NCBI GenBank assembly: GCA_021432655.1
Contig: MU271302.1
Location: 7,303 to 71,302 of the forward strand
Reading direction: 5' to 3'
DNA from: Atractiella rhizophila
Taxonomy: Eukaryota
Length of the DNA stretch: 64,000 nt
The notes beneath the pieces were generated by a model. That model made no database searches, was not told the origin of the DNA, and was given only the letters and a program-made list of their open reading frames with translations. The translations under genes and the position numbers were made by a program. This document shows, in pieces, positions 49,458 through 60,004 of the stretch (positions within the stretch are counted from its first letter, which is position 1; every line of letters starts with the position of its first letter).

Positions 49458-52050
49458 TAGGGATGGCTATCGAAGCATATCGGACCTGGAAAGGGTACTT
49501 TCGTCCGTCGGTGTTCTTTGTATCGTACTCGAATCGTATCGTCTATCGTAAACCAATATCCAGTCCGTTCTGTATAACCACCAATACGACTTCCAGCAGG
49601 GTCGTTCGACAGGTACAGGACAGTTTGACTTGTATTCCACTGAAATATCAAGACTAATCCATTATTTTGCCGCCTTCCCAGTTTTGCTTCCCTGCAACTC
49701 CCACAACTTTCTCAATAATCTCTTCCTTTCCCTGTTCCGATCCAGCTTGAGCTTCGCTTTCGTAAGGATGAGGACACAGATTGATGAAGGCTTCAAACGG
49801 TGTCGTCTGATCCCAATGGTGTCGCGAGCACCAGAAAAGATGCGTTCAACTCCAACAGCATATCCTGATAGCAAATTGAAAAGTCGTTACAATTGCCACA
49901 AAGAGTAGTAAAAGTATATACCTGGAATAGAGAGGATATCTTGTGCCATGTGGGACCAAGCAGGGAGCTGCGTCTTTGCTTGATCTTTGTACCACTCAAA
50001 GATATCTGTGCTATTAGGAAGCTGATAATGGGTCATGTTGTAATTGACCTCACACATTGCCTCAAGTTCGGTCATCGTGTCGTCAGCTAGTTGCACATCG
50101 TCATCGTCGCTGTCACTGTCAACATCATTGAAGGCTTTATCGAGGTAAGAGTCATTGCCAGTGGAGGTGGGCATCAGTTCAGTTGTGGATCCATTGCCAT
50201 AATTTGGAAAGTATCTATCCTTGAATAGTTGAATCAGATTGTCTTTATGCTTCTCTATCGCAGCTTTCTCCGGTTGACTGAAAATTGAGCGTTCGAAGAA
50301 GTTGGGTCCAAGCCGAGGATCAAGAACTAAGTAGGTTTCAGCCTTGACGATACATGTAAAGTGCAATGGGATGACATACGAGCAGCATAGACATAATATG
50401 GAGAGTCACCAGAACGGTAGTGGTACTCTGCAAGCTTTGTGTAGGCGTCGACAAGTCCGCTCCGATAACCCTTTGACATGTTGGGCGGAAACTCCTTGAT
50501 TGCCTTCTTCGGGTGCTTGAGCAAGCCATGGTACTGACGGAGGGTTGAGGAGAGACAGGGGATCGATGTTGTTGACATTTGAAGGGTCACATCTCGGAAA
50601 GCTTTCAGCCAATTACAGACAGTCCTTATCCCCTCCCAATCCTCCTCAGATAACCTTTCGTCCTCACCGATCTCGTAGTGATCCGAATAGCGTTCAATAG
50701 CATGTCGGCAGGAGTCAGCAAGATTGAGCATCTCATGGGTGGAACTCCATCGAGTCCGAACATCAAGAATAAGCCAAGGACATGTCAGACATACTCTGAA
50801 TCTCTGCTAATGCTTTCTCTAGCTCCTCTAACCAGTTGCCACGCCGATTGGAAGAGCTACGGATACCTCGGATGAATGTGCGCAGCTGCAGTAGGAACAT
50901 CATTGGCTCAGCAGGTATGTTGCACTAGAAGTGACGGAGTGACCTACTTTATGGATTGCACCTTTCAAGCTGTCCAGCTCCTCATCATGGTAATCCAACT
51001 CTGCCCTTCCGTCTTCATAAACACCACCAAGCTTCTCCGTAACACAGTCTTGATGGTTTGTCCTCCTTTTCTTCTTTTTATCATCTTGTTCTGACTTGGT
51101 CCAGATGCCGAGGGAATCAAGGAGGGTGAGGGCAGAAAGATAGATGATATGGGGGAAGCAGCGAATCCGGCGTTCCTTAGCATCGAAGGGGATTCCTTTT
51201 GAAGTGAACTTGCTAGTGAGAGAGGTCATCATTATGTCGTTATTAGACGCATTGTCGGAGGTAATGCAGCCGATCTACATCCACAATGTATGAGAAGGAA
51301 ACATGAAGACAAATCAAAAGAAATCTAGTCACCTTGCTTGCAATTCCAAAGAACTCAATGCATCTCCACACAGCTTCAGCCATATTCTCCCCAGTGTGAG
51401 ATCCCGGAAGCTCTGCAAAATCAAGAACAACCTCATTCACTTCCCAATTACAATCAATGTAGGTTCCAGTAGTGCAAAAGAAGGAGAAGCCATTTTCGGA
51501 GGTCCACGCATCAAGTGCAAGATGAATCGTGGTATCTACTCCCTATTCATAGAAGAATTGTTAGCAATTGATGTTTAACTGTCAATCAAATAGCAAACCT
51601 GCAGTTCCTTCTTGAGTTCTTCCAACAGAGTATCCCCTTTCTTCATCACCTTGCCCCTCAACGCCTTCCTCTTCAGTATCTTGATCTTCTTTAGGTCGAC
51701 CTCGGCTTCAGCCTCCTCTCCTTTGCTTGCACCACCTCATCATCTGTATTCCAAGCAGCTTCTTCCTCAAGGTTGAGGCCAGAGTCTTGTCCAGGTTTTA
51801 AAGTAGGATAGGTATACTGAAGATATTCAAGATGGTTACGGAACTGAGGGTTCTCAGTGAGCAGGAAGGGCTGATCGGTTGCAACAAAGAACTCTGTCAA
51901 AAGATTTTCGAACTTCATTTGATCGAAACTCTGCAGACACAAAAGCGTCAGAGCAGAGTTGCATAGGCAGAGTACAGTGAAGACATACCTGTTCGTCAAA
52001 GCGTGCACGCATGGTGTTTACATGATCCACCATATCTTTTTGTTTCTTCG
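49458..52050 (-). mobile_element. Degenerate hAT transposon with intron-containing transposase; other end not found
   Basis: TIR-like TAGGGATGGC at 49458 with TATCG subterminal repeats. Transposase motifs LDAWTS, GSHTGENMA, TSDNASNN, RIRCFPHII, LDVRTRWSST, LDPR, MAQDILSIP, VERIFS, RRHRLKP. Stops and frameshifts present. Confidence 0.9.
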
Positions 52051-52525
52051 CCCCTTCAGCTATACCATCAGATATCTATAGAATTATTAGGGCTATGTAG
52101 AACACAAGCTTATTTTCTCATGGATGCATGTGTGGATGTAAAGAGTGGACACCATTAGGAGGACCAACCATCTCATACCAGGCACCAAAATTAGTGTAGA
52201 ACCCAGAATGGAGATCCTGAAGTTTGAGTCAGCCACAGTACCTTTCACAAAACTAGCTCAAAGCTGAAGGCTCTTGCCAAGAGTACTTACATGCACCTTA
52301 CCTTTAATCCCTTGAACCTGTCCCAAGAACAAGTGGACACCCTTTTGCCTACAATGTTAATAACAGTGTCTCATTTCAGATTCACGGAATTGTCCCACTT
52401 ACATATTCTCAGGGTAAGCACAGCGAGAAAAGAGGGTTCCTTTGTGTCCAAGCCAATTGGCAGGTACAGTGAGTGAGAGTGGTATGAGAGTCCAGAGCCC
52501 AACCTCAAGGGCCATTGTATGCTTC

Positions 52526-54178
52526 TCAAGCCTCCCAAACACCAGACCACCTGCTCGCACTTGTTGCCCACTCTCCCATCGTCCTCCATGCAACCACAAT
52601 CTCCTCCTCTCTCCATGCTCCAAAGAATAAATGAACCTCAAGGTGGTACCCCATCTCCTTTCCATCAACCTGATCCCACTTCTCAGCTCCCCTCATCTGA
52701 GAATCCCCAAAGAACCAGCTGATGAAGTCTGGGAAGTCGACCGAGTACACCACACAGTAGTGGAGTGTTATCCAGTATATCCCTTTTGCATTTGTGAGGG
52801 TGCTGAAGATCTTGGGGCAAATGAGGTTTGATGTTTCTTCTCCCCCATCGAGGATCAGGTGTGTGAGGTGTGTGAGGTGTGATAGGTCGCATGGAGTTGA
52901 CAGGATGGAGGTTTTTCCACTAACAGAGAAGGGGGCGAGCACGATGTTGAGATGTTGCAGATGAGGTGGCAGAGGGTACTTTAAGATGGAGGGAGGGAGT
53001 GGACAAAGATTGGAGACATACAGATGCTGGAGGGTATGTGGAAGGGATAGTGATGGTAGAGGTGGGTACATGTAGAGGTGTAGGTATTCGAGGCGAGAAG
53101 ATAGATAAAGCCCTGCTGGGGCTGAAGTGGGAGAGTCCTCCACATCATTAATACTGAGCCGTCTGATCCTGTCACCCATCATCCACATGAAGTTCTCGAT
53201 CTCCTCCTTTCTCCACTTCCTTGAACCTGTTCTTCCAAAAGTTAAGTCATCCACCCATTGCAAGCCTTCAATAGCATTCAATACAAGCTTCGACTCCTCT
53301 TCATTCCAAAATGCATCCATCCAAACTTCTGTGCCATTTGGCATGCCTGTGATGACTTCTTTCACCATCCCAACATCCATGCTTTTGTCAAATGTCAGTC
53401 TGTCCCACAGTCGTCCAGCACCCGGATAGCGTTTCAACCACTCATACTTTTCCACCACAGAATTAGGTTCGGGATAATAAGGAACTGAAAGCTTGCCCCA
53501 GAGCTGGCAAACGTCAGAGAGGTCGGCAGCATTGTCGGAGAAACTAAATATGAGAGAGAGGATCTCAACAGGCAAGCACGAGATGGTGCATGGGAAAACA
53601 TATGAAGGTGGGACGGAGAGTTGGATGATGCTCGCTGTCGCTGCTGGAGGGAGGGTGAAGAAGGATTTTGGGTGGCCGGCGATGCGGTGGAAGCGTGAAG
53701 ACTGATGATTGTATTTGGCCAGGGGGGTGAAGATGGCATTCTCGCGAAAGAAAGGAAATGTGAGAGTGTACGGATCGCCAGATGAAGGAAGCAGGTCACC
53801 CTCTGATTTGACATCTCTTCCGACTGTTGACACATGCCCTTCAATGTCCAAAAAGGTTACTGAGACATCTTCACTTTTGATGGTAATGTGAAGATTGATT
53901 ATACCTTCTTTGTTGATCGCATTTTTGACCCATTCAAGATTCAAATACGAAACTCTTGATGACATAGCCCTATGCCATTGCCATCCACCACGTTGGGGAG
54001 ACAAGTCACACGAAATCTGGACCGTGTGAATTGACGAAGGTAGGTGAGATAGGAAAGAGGGAAGAATGGAGAGGTGAATCGAACCGGGCGCATTGCTTGG
54101 GGTGATAAGATTGACAAGTGCCATCAAATCTGGTTCGGCAGAACTATGGCAAAAGCTGGATGTTCGCTGCTCCGTCAT
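52526..54178 (-). CDS. F-box/LRR-like protein, copy G (full length)
   Basis: Uninterrupted ORF from MTEQRTSS (ATG 54178) with F-box ISCLPVEILSLIFSF..LSDVCQLWGKLS and LRRs, ending SGVWEA*. Confidence 0.86.
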   Translation of the reverse strand: MTEQRTSSFCHSSAEPDLMALVNLITPSNAPGSIHLSILPSFLSHLPSSIHTVQISCDLSPQRGGWQWHRAMSSRVSYLNLEWVKNAINKEGIINLHITIKSEDVSVTFLDIEGHVSTVGRDVKSEGDLLPSSGDPYTLTFPFFRENAIFTPLAKYNHQSSRFHRIAGHPKSFFTLPPAATASIIQLSVPPSYVFPCTISCLPVEILSLIFSFSDNAADLSDVCQLWGKLSVPYYPEPNSVVEKYEWLKRYPGAGRLWDRLTFDKSMDVGMVKEVITGMPNGTEVWMDAFWNEEESKLVLNAIEGLQWVDDLTFGRTGSRKWRKEEIENFMWMMGDRIRRLSINDVEDSPTSAPAGLYLSSRLEYLHLYMYPPLPSLSLPHTLQHLYVSNLCPLPPSILKYPLPPHLQHLNIVLAPFSVSGKTSILSTPCDLSHLTHLTHLILDGGEETSNLICPKIFSTLTNAKGIYWITLHYCVVYSVDFPDFISWFFGDSQMRGAEKWDQVDGKEMGYHLEVHLFFGAWREEEIVVAWRTMGEWATSASRWSGVWEA

Positions 54179-57079
54179 CTTTTGAGCAAATAGAGCAGAA
54201 TAGTTCCCATAAAGCACGTCAGATGACAAACTCAACGCCAAAGGTGGAGATGGAATCGTGCCTGGGTGGTGTCATTTGCATGGGTTAGCCTCCTCCTTGC
54301 CGTCCTCATCTTGACTGGATGGAAACTGTGACGAAGATTGGCAAAGACAGTGAACCGATTCCCAAACTGTGAGCTGGAGACGACCTAGATAAACAGTTCG
54401 TGGAGACTGGCGAAACTGATGGATTCGTCTCGTTGATGGGGATAGAAGTGTGTGGCATGCCTTTATTTGACGCAGAGAACTCCGACGTTAGAGTGGTCCG
54501 TTTGGAAGGGAATTGACCTTCTGTGAATGAATGGGGCGATTTGCCGGAGGGAATGGGGAACGTATGAGCTGGCCGATAGACAAGTTGGAATCAAGAAGCA
54601 GTTCGAAAAAGGCGTCCGTACCTGTGGTGCTGACTGTTACTGTATGGGAGGTAGGGATGATGGACAGTTCCCTAGCGGATAGATGACTTACCCTTGCAGT
54701 ACAAAAGGGATGACTGATTGAGAGACTAGAGTCGTTCGGAAGAGTGGAAGTAGACCTTGAATGGAGTTTCAGCTTTGGTTTCAGGAAGTCTGCAGGTAAG
54801 ATATTACAGCCGGAATAACTGACGAATGACATCCAGCGGATTGCGCCGTCTTCACTGTCCGATTTCTCCCTTTCGACCTAGATGTCAACCATTAATGCCT
54901 CCATACTTCCCTCCTCCAGCACTCCACCCATCATCCTCTTTCATTCCAATTGACCTCATAAGGGAAGACGGATACTCTCATTCGTCGTTCTTCAACTCGC
55001 GCTTCGATCTTCCTTCGTGAGCCAGAAGATGGTGCAGGATTCTGAGGCATTCCTGTTGTCACCGTCCCAAGAGCGGGTCATTCGTTGAAGGAGAGGAAGA
55101 AAATGTTGCTCGATCAAGATTGCTTGGAGCTCATCTTCTTCCACACGTCGATCCTGGAAGCAATGCGGCTGTTCGAAGGAAACAAGCCTATATTTCTCAC
55201 CTCGAAGGCTGTGAGTAAGAAGCAATCAGCCAATACACAGGGATTCCTGTGAAAAACGAAGGTGATCGAACTCTTTGGCTCTGTCCCTGAACGGTGCGAG
55301 GTCTCGGACGATGTTTTCTTCGTAAATACTCAGCAGTCTGATAGCGATGAGGAAGAAAACGATGGCGACGATCTATTGCGATAACATGCAACGCATCAGG
55401 CTCAGCTGCTTTGGTGCAACATAAGTTATAGGGGTGAGGGATGAGGATGATATTCGAAGGTATTTCCAAGTGCTAAGGCATGTTCGAACCAAGGAATCCT
55501 CCTTCATCCATCTTTCCAAAAGATGGTTCTAATCGGCGTTCACTCATTCTTCGGTCTCCCTCAAGACGTCGATCTGCTTCTTCGTCAGTCTACTGGGATA
55601 AATTTGGTCGTCAGCGTGTACACGATCCTGTTACCTGTTTGAGTCCACTGAGGGATGAGGGGTGATGCTGCCAGCAGATTTGAATGACGCTCTGCCTCTG
55701 ACTGGCCCGTTGAATGCTCAAAGAAGCCGAGAACCATGATAACCTGTTTCTGTGTTCAGTCCCCTTTCCTCCTCAATGAGGGGTTCCACTTCACGCTCTG
55801 AGCTATCATCCGGCCCCTCCAACTCTGCTCCAGCACTCATCTCCAGACGATTCGTATGGAGGGACAGGTGTGAGAACGATGACTGTGTTGAGTGGCGCCG
55901 CGCTACCAAATCTCCTTCCCCAGACGAGGGGAGTCTTGATCGATCTCTTGCAGCTTCAACGGCAGCGGGAAGCGTTAGGTGTGTTATCTTTCGAATCACC
56001 TTCGGATGTGACGTTGTCCGGCATCTGAGTGCAGCCACTATCCTCAATCTCCGCTTGTCTTAGGAACAGAAGGCGTACGAATCATGATTTTGTCTTTCAA
56101 TATTTTCGCCATACCACAGATGCGAACATGCTGTAGGCACCCAGGACTGCTGCAAGAAGGTGAGAGTCGTCCCCCTTGCAAAACCCGCCAGAGACTCGAC
56201 AAGGTCAACTCCTGCGTCCCTGCTCTATCGCATCGCATGCGATCAGCGTTTGTGACGGCGAAAGATGGTTAAGTATGGAAGACCCACAACACAGTAGATT
56301 AGTATTACCTTCCCGGTTCCATCTCCCCATCCTCATCCGTCAACCAAAGAGCCACTCAATCGTTGTCTCTTTACATCACACCCGTTCGTACTCTTCATTC
56401 TGAAAGAAGCAGCACCAACGGTGCACCGGTTCTCTCGCATGCCACCTCCCTTCTCGACTCTCTTCTTCAATCCATCCTCATCCTCTCACCCCCCCCCTTT
56501 CCGCGACAACACCTCTCCATCTCAACATCTAGTCTCGCTTTCCATGAATTTCCCCCTCTCCTCCTAAATTCCGGAATCCCACCCTCACCTCTCGTAACAA
56601 AGCCATAGAGAACGAGGGAGCCTTTCTCCGAATGGTTCCAGTGAGCCGCCTGGGGAAGTCGGAGAGATGAATGGTCGAGCGGTGTGTGGAGCTGATGGTA
56701 GACCTAGCCGGACAGTGTTGGAATGAAGGGAAGAGCTCGCTGGTGACGCTGAGGAATTCGGAAGGAGTTGTTATTGTTGTTGATGGTGTCATATTTCAGA
56801 GCTTTTTACGGGGCCTATTGGTCATGAAGCTCTTCTCCTAGTTTGTGTAACGACATCCAAACCGGAAATCTCCTCCTCCCTTTGTTGATTGTAGTATCCT
56901 ACGCTTCCTCAAACTCCCCCTTTCACTCCTGTTTAATCTTCTTCTCCTCTTCCGGTCTAGCTTTGTCCGCCATGGAGACCTGCTTGCTTCGCTAGCATCT
57001 GAGATGACTGGATCAGAGTCAAAGCTCCGTAGCATGAGAGGGTTGACATGATACACCGTATTGACTGCCAACAGGACTG

Positions 57080-57530
57080 TTAGAACGTGCTGTATGTTAA
57101 AATAAAATAGAGAGAAGGAAGAAATAGAGTCCAAATGTGTAGAATTGCAAGATTAAAGTAGGGTCGAATTCCGAGAATAAGTGGAGGGAAAAAAGGATTC
57201 AGAGAGGCTTATCTTCGTATCTTAGGTGGTTTAGAGATTTAGCCCACCCCGTTCGGGCAGTGAGTGGTTGAGCTTCCTCGTGTTTCTTCTTCTTGTAACG
57301 GAGAATCCTTTCGGTTGCTCGCGTGTGGTGAGTGAACCTTCTAGTGGCTCTGATGAATTTCCAGAGAGGGGGTAACGCGTCGGTGTTAGAGAGAACAGAT
57401 GCATTGCTCGTGAGACGGATTCCGACTTTCGCTAACTTCTTAAGCGCTTCACGGTGGAGCCTGTGCCTCCTGCATGATAGCAGAAGGAGTGACGCATCGT
57501 CGACTTTTAAATGCTTGAATGACGTTGTCC
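57080..57530 (-). mobile_element. Probable 3' remnant of a non-LTR (Tad1/I-like) retrotransposon
   Basis: LLLSCRRHRLHREAL...VLSNTDALPPLWKFIRATRRF resembles the ORF2 C-terminal pattern (HxLLxCxxY..R..L..FI..TxRF), followed by a pyrimidine-rich tail. Confidence 0.55.
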
Positions 57531-57559
57531 ATCCCACTTTCTGAGCAGAGTTTCCCTCC

Positions 57560-57667
57560 CTGACATCCTCCTTCAGGTTTATGGAGCTGCTAAGCGTGAA
57601 GGTAATTGGTGTGATTGGGGGAGGTCTGATGGTAGAGGTCATTGACACGGTCACTAAGAAGAAGCGA
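57560..57667 (+). pseudogene. RPL38: RPL38 fragment (last intron and last exon only)
   Basis: GTCTGATGGTAGAGGTCATTGACACGGTCACTAAGAAGAAGCGA matches 15122-15168, and the downstream flank matches 15170-15600. Confidence 0.8.
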
Positions 57668-58375
57668 GTTGTGAGGCTCATTGGATGGGTTATGTCTGTA
57701 TGTATGCAACTATGCGCGTGAATTTCATTTATGTAGGTTTACTTTGGCAATCTCACATCAAACTATGACGCAATGCGGGAAGAGTTCTGCTATCTCTCCA
57801 ACTTAGTGACAGAGCAGATTTGATGAAGCTGAAATAAAAGTATTATATAATAGGCAAAGAGCCTGCCTGCAAGTGAAGGGAGCGGCATCAGCTTAGTCCA
57901 AAGTTCTATGCACCATTCTTCACTCTTCACCCCGGGTGTAAGGCAACAGTAAGGAACTCCAGCTATCCCAAGCATCAACAGACGAAGCAAACGTCCTTCT
58001 CTCCGATCACAGGTAGTCTTCAAACTAAATACGTTCAAAATGTCTTCCACACACACTACCTTTCATCCATTGGACCCAATCCAAATGAAAACAAGTGGTG
58101 CGACTGCCTCCTCATTCCCTTCACCTATGATGCCAGAGGTGTGAATGACAATGTCTCATTTCGGATTCGCCGAAAGGTGCCGCTCTCCGTTACAATCTAT
58201 AGCAGTTGATGGGTTGATATCGGTATCATCCTGGCTCGTCGCAATCGAAATGGTAGCATGGCGGGAGAAGAGGTTCTGTCGTGTCCAAGACAAACGTCGG
58301 GTACTGCGAGTGACAGTGATATGAGAGTCCAGAGTCCGACCTCAAGCGCCATTGTGTTTTCACCAATACTCGTCC

Positions 58376-60004
58376 TCATTCCCCTGCCTCCCAAACACCT
58401 GACCACCTGCTCCTTTCCCTGTTAGCGTACTCTCCCATCGTCCTCCGAGCAATCACGATCTCCTCCTCGCTCCACTCTCCAAAGAATAAACGAACTTCAA
58501 GATCGTCCCCCATCCTCTGCCCATCTTTCCGATCCCCCTTCTCAGCGCCTCTCTCCTGCCAATCCCCAAAGAAACAGCGGATGAAGTCTGGGAAGTCGAA
58601 CGAGGACACCACACAGTACCGGAGAGTTATCCAGAATATCCCCGTTGCATTTTTGAGGGTGCTGAAGAACTCGCGGGGAACGAGGTTTGACTTTTCGTCG
58701 CCCCCGTCGAGGAACAGCTGGGTGAGGCATGTCAGGTGTGATAAGTCGAGCGGGGTCAGTAGGATAGAGGTCTTTACGTCGGCAGAGAAGGGGGCCAGAT
58801 CGATCCAGAGAATATTCAGAATAGGCGGCAGAGGGTACTCTGAGATTGAGGAAGGGAGCGGACACATATTGGAGAGTTCGAGGCACTTGAGGGTGTGTGG
58901 GAGGGGGAGCGATGGCAGAGGTGGGTACTTGTGGAGGCGTAGATATTCGAGGCGAGAGGGTAAGTGAAGGCCTTCTGAGGGTGAGGCTGAAGCGGGACAG
59001 TCCTCCACATCCCGAACGGTGAGCCGTCTGATCCTGTCATCCATCCTCTGCATAAAGTTCTCGATCTCCTCCTTCCTCCACTTTCTCGAACTCCTCCAAA
59101 ACCTGGCTTCGTTCACGCGTTTCAAGCCTTCGATTGCATTCAACACCATCTTCGCCTCCTCTTCATTCCAAAATGCAAACATCACCACTTCCGTGACATT
59201 CGGCGAGCCTGTGATGACCTCTTTCACCATCCCTACATCCATGCTTTTGTTAAACACCAGTTCGTTCCACAGTCGTCCGGCACCAAGATAGCGTTTCAAC
59301 CGCTCGTACTTTTGCACCAAAGAAACATGTTCGCCCCAATAAGGAACTGAAACTTCCTTCCAGAGCTTGCAAACTTCAGAGAAGGTGAAAGGATCATAGG
59401 ATAAACTAAATATGAGAGAGAGTAGTTCCACTGGCAAGCCTGAGATGGAGGATCGAATAACATCCGGAGGTGGGGCAAAGATTTGGATGATGCTCGCTGC
59501 CCTGAGGGATGGGAGGGTTGACGATTCGTCGTCACTGATGGGGGTGAAGCCTTCTTGTTCGGAGTATGAGGCTATGGGGGCGAATATGGCATTCTCGCGA
59601 AAGAAAGGAAATGTGCGAGTAAATGGATCGAAATATGAAGCAAGCGGGTAGAACCTCGATTTGATGTTTCTTTCGATAGACGAACTATGCTCTTCAACGG
59701 CCAAAAGGGTTACTGAGACATGTACGGCGTTGATGGTAATGCAAACGTTGATTGCACCATCCTTGTCGACCACATTCTCGACCCGTTCAAGTGATAAAGA
59801 AGACAATCTTGATGACGGCTCTGCAAATTTCCGCGTCCTCAATGATCGAGTTAAGGCAAACGAAATCCGGAGCATGTTAATTGACGGAGGTAGGCGAGAC
59901 AGGAGAGAGGGAAGAATGGAGAGGTGGATCGAATCGGGATAATGCTCTGTGTTGATAACATGAACAAGTGCCATCGAGTCTGGTTCTGGAGAACTATGGC
60001 GCAA
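58376..60004 (-). CDS. F-box/LRR-like protein, copy H (first in-frame ATG at 59974)
   Basis: 542-codon ORF with N-domain, F-box ISGLPVELLSLIFSL..FSEVCKLWKEVS and LRRs. The family start codon is changed to GTG and is out of frame. Confidence 0.82.
   Translation of the reverse strand: MRHSSPEPDSMALVHVINTEHYPDSIHLSILPSLLSRLPPSINMLRISFALTRSLRTRKFAEPSSRLSSLSLERVENVVDKDGAINVCITINAVHVSVTLLAVEEHSSSIERNIKSRFYPLASYFDPFTRTFPFFRENAIFAPIASYSEQEGFTPISDDESSTLPSLRAASIIQIFAPPPDVIRSSISGLPVELLSLIFSLSYDPFTFSEVCKLWKEVSVPYWGEHVSLVQKYERLKRYLGAGRLWNELVFNKSMDVGMVKEVITGSPNVTEVVMFAFWNEEEAKMVLNAIEGLKRVNEARFWRSSRKWRKEEIENFMQRMDDRIRRLTVRDVEDCPASASPSEGLHLPSRLEYLRLHKYPPLPSLPLPHTLKCLELSNMCPLPSSISEYPLPPILNILWIDLAPFSADVKTSILLTPLDLSHLTCLTQLFLDGGDEKSNLVPREFFSTLKNATGIFWITLRYCVVSSFDFPDFIRCFFGDWQERGAEKGDRKDGQRMGDDLEVRLFFGEWSEEEIVIARRTMGEYANRERSRWSGVWEAGE

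Noticed and set aside
49035..49460. Overlapping 141-aa and 133-aa ORFs
   Set aside because: They cross a putative transposon terminus and have no recognisable motifs.
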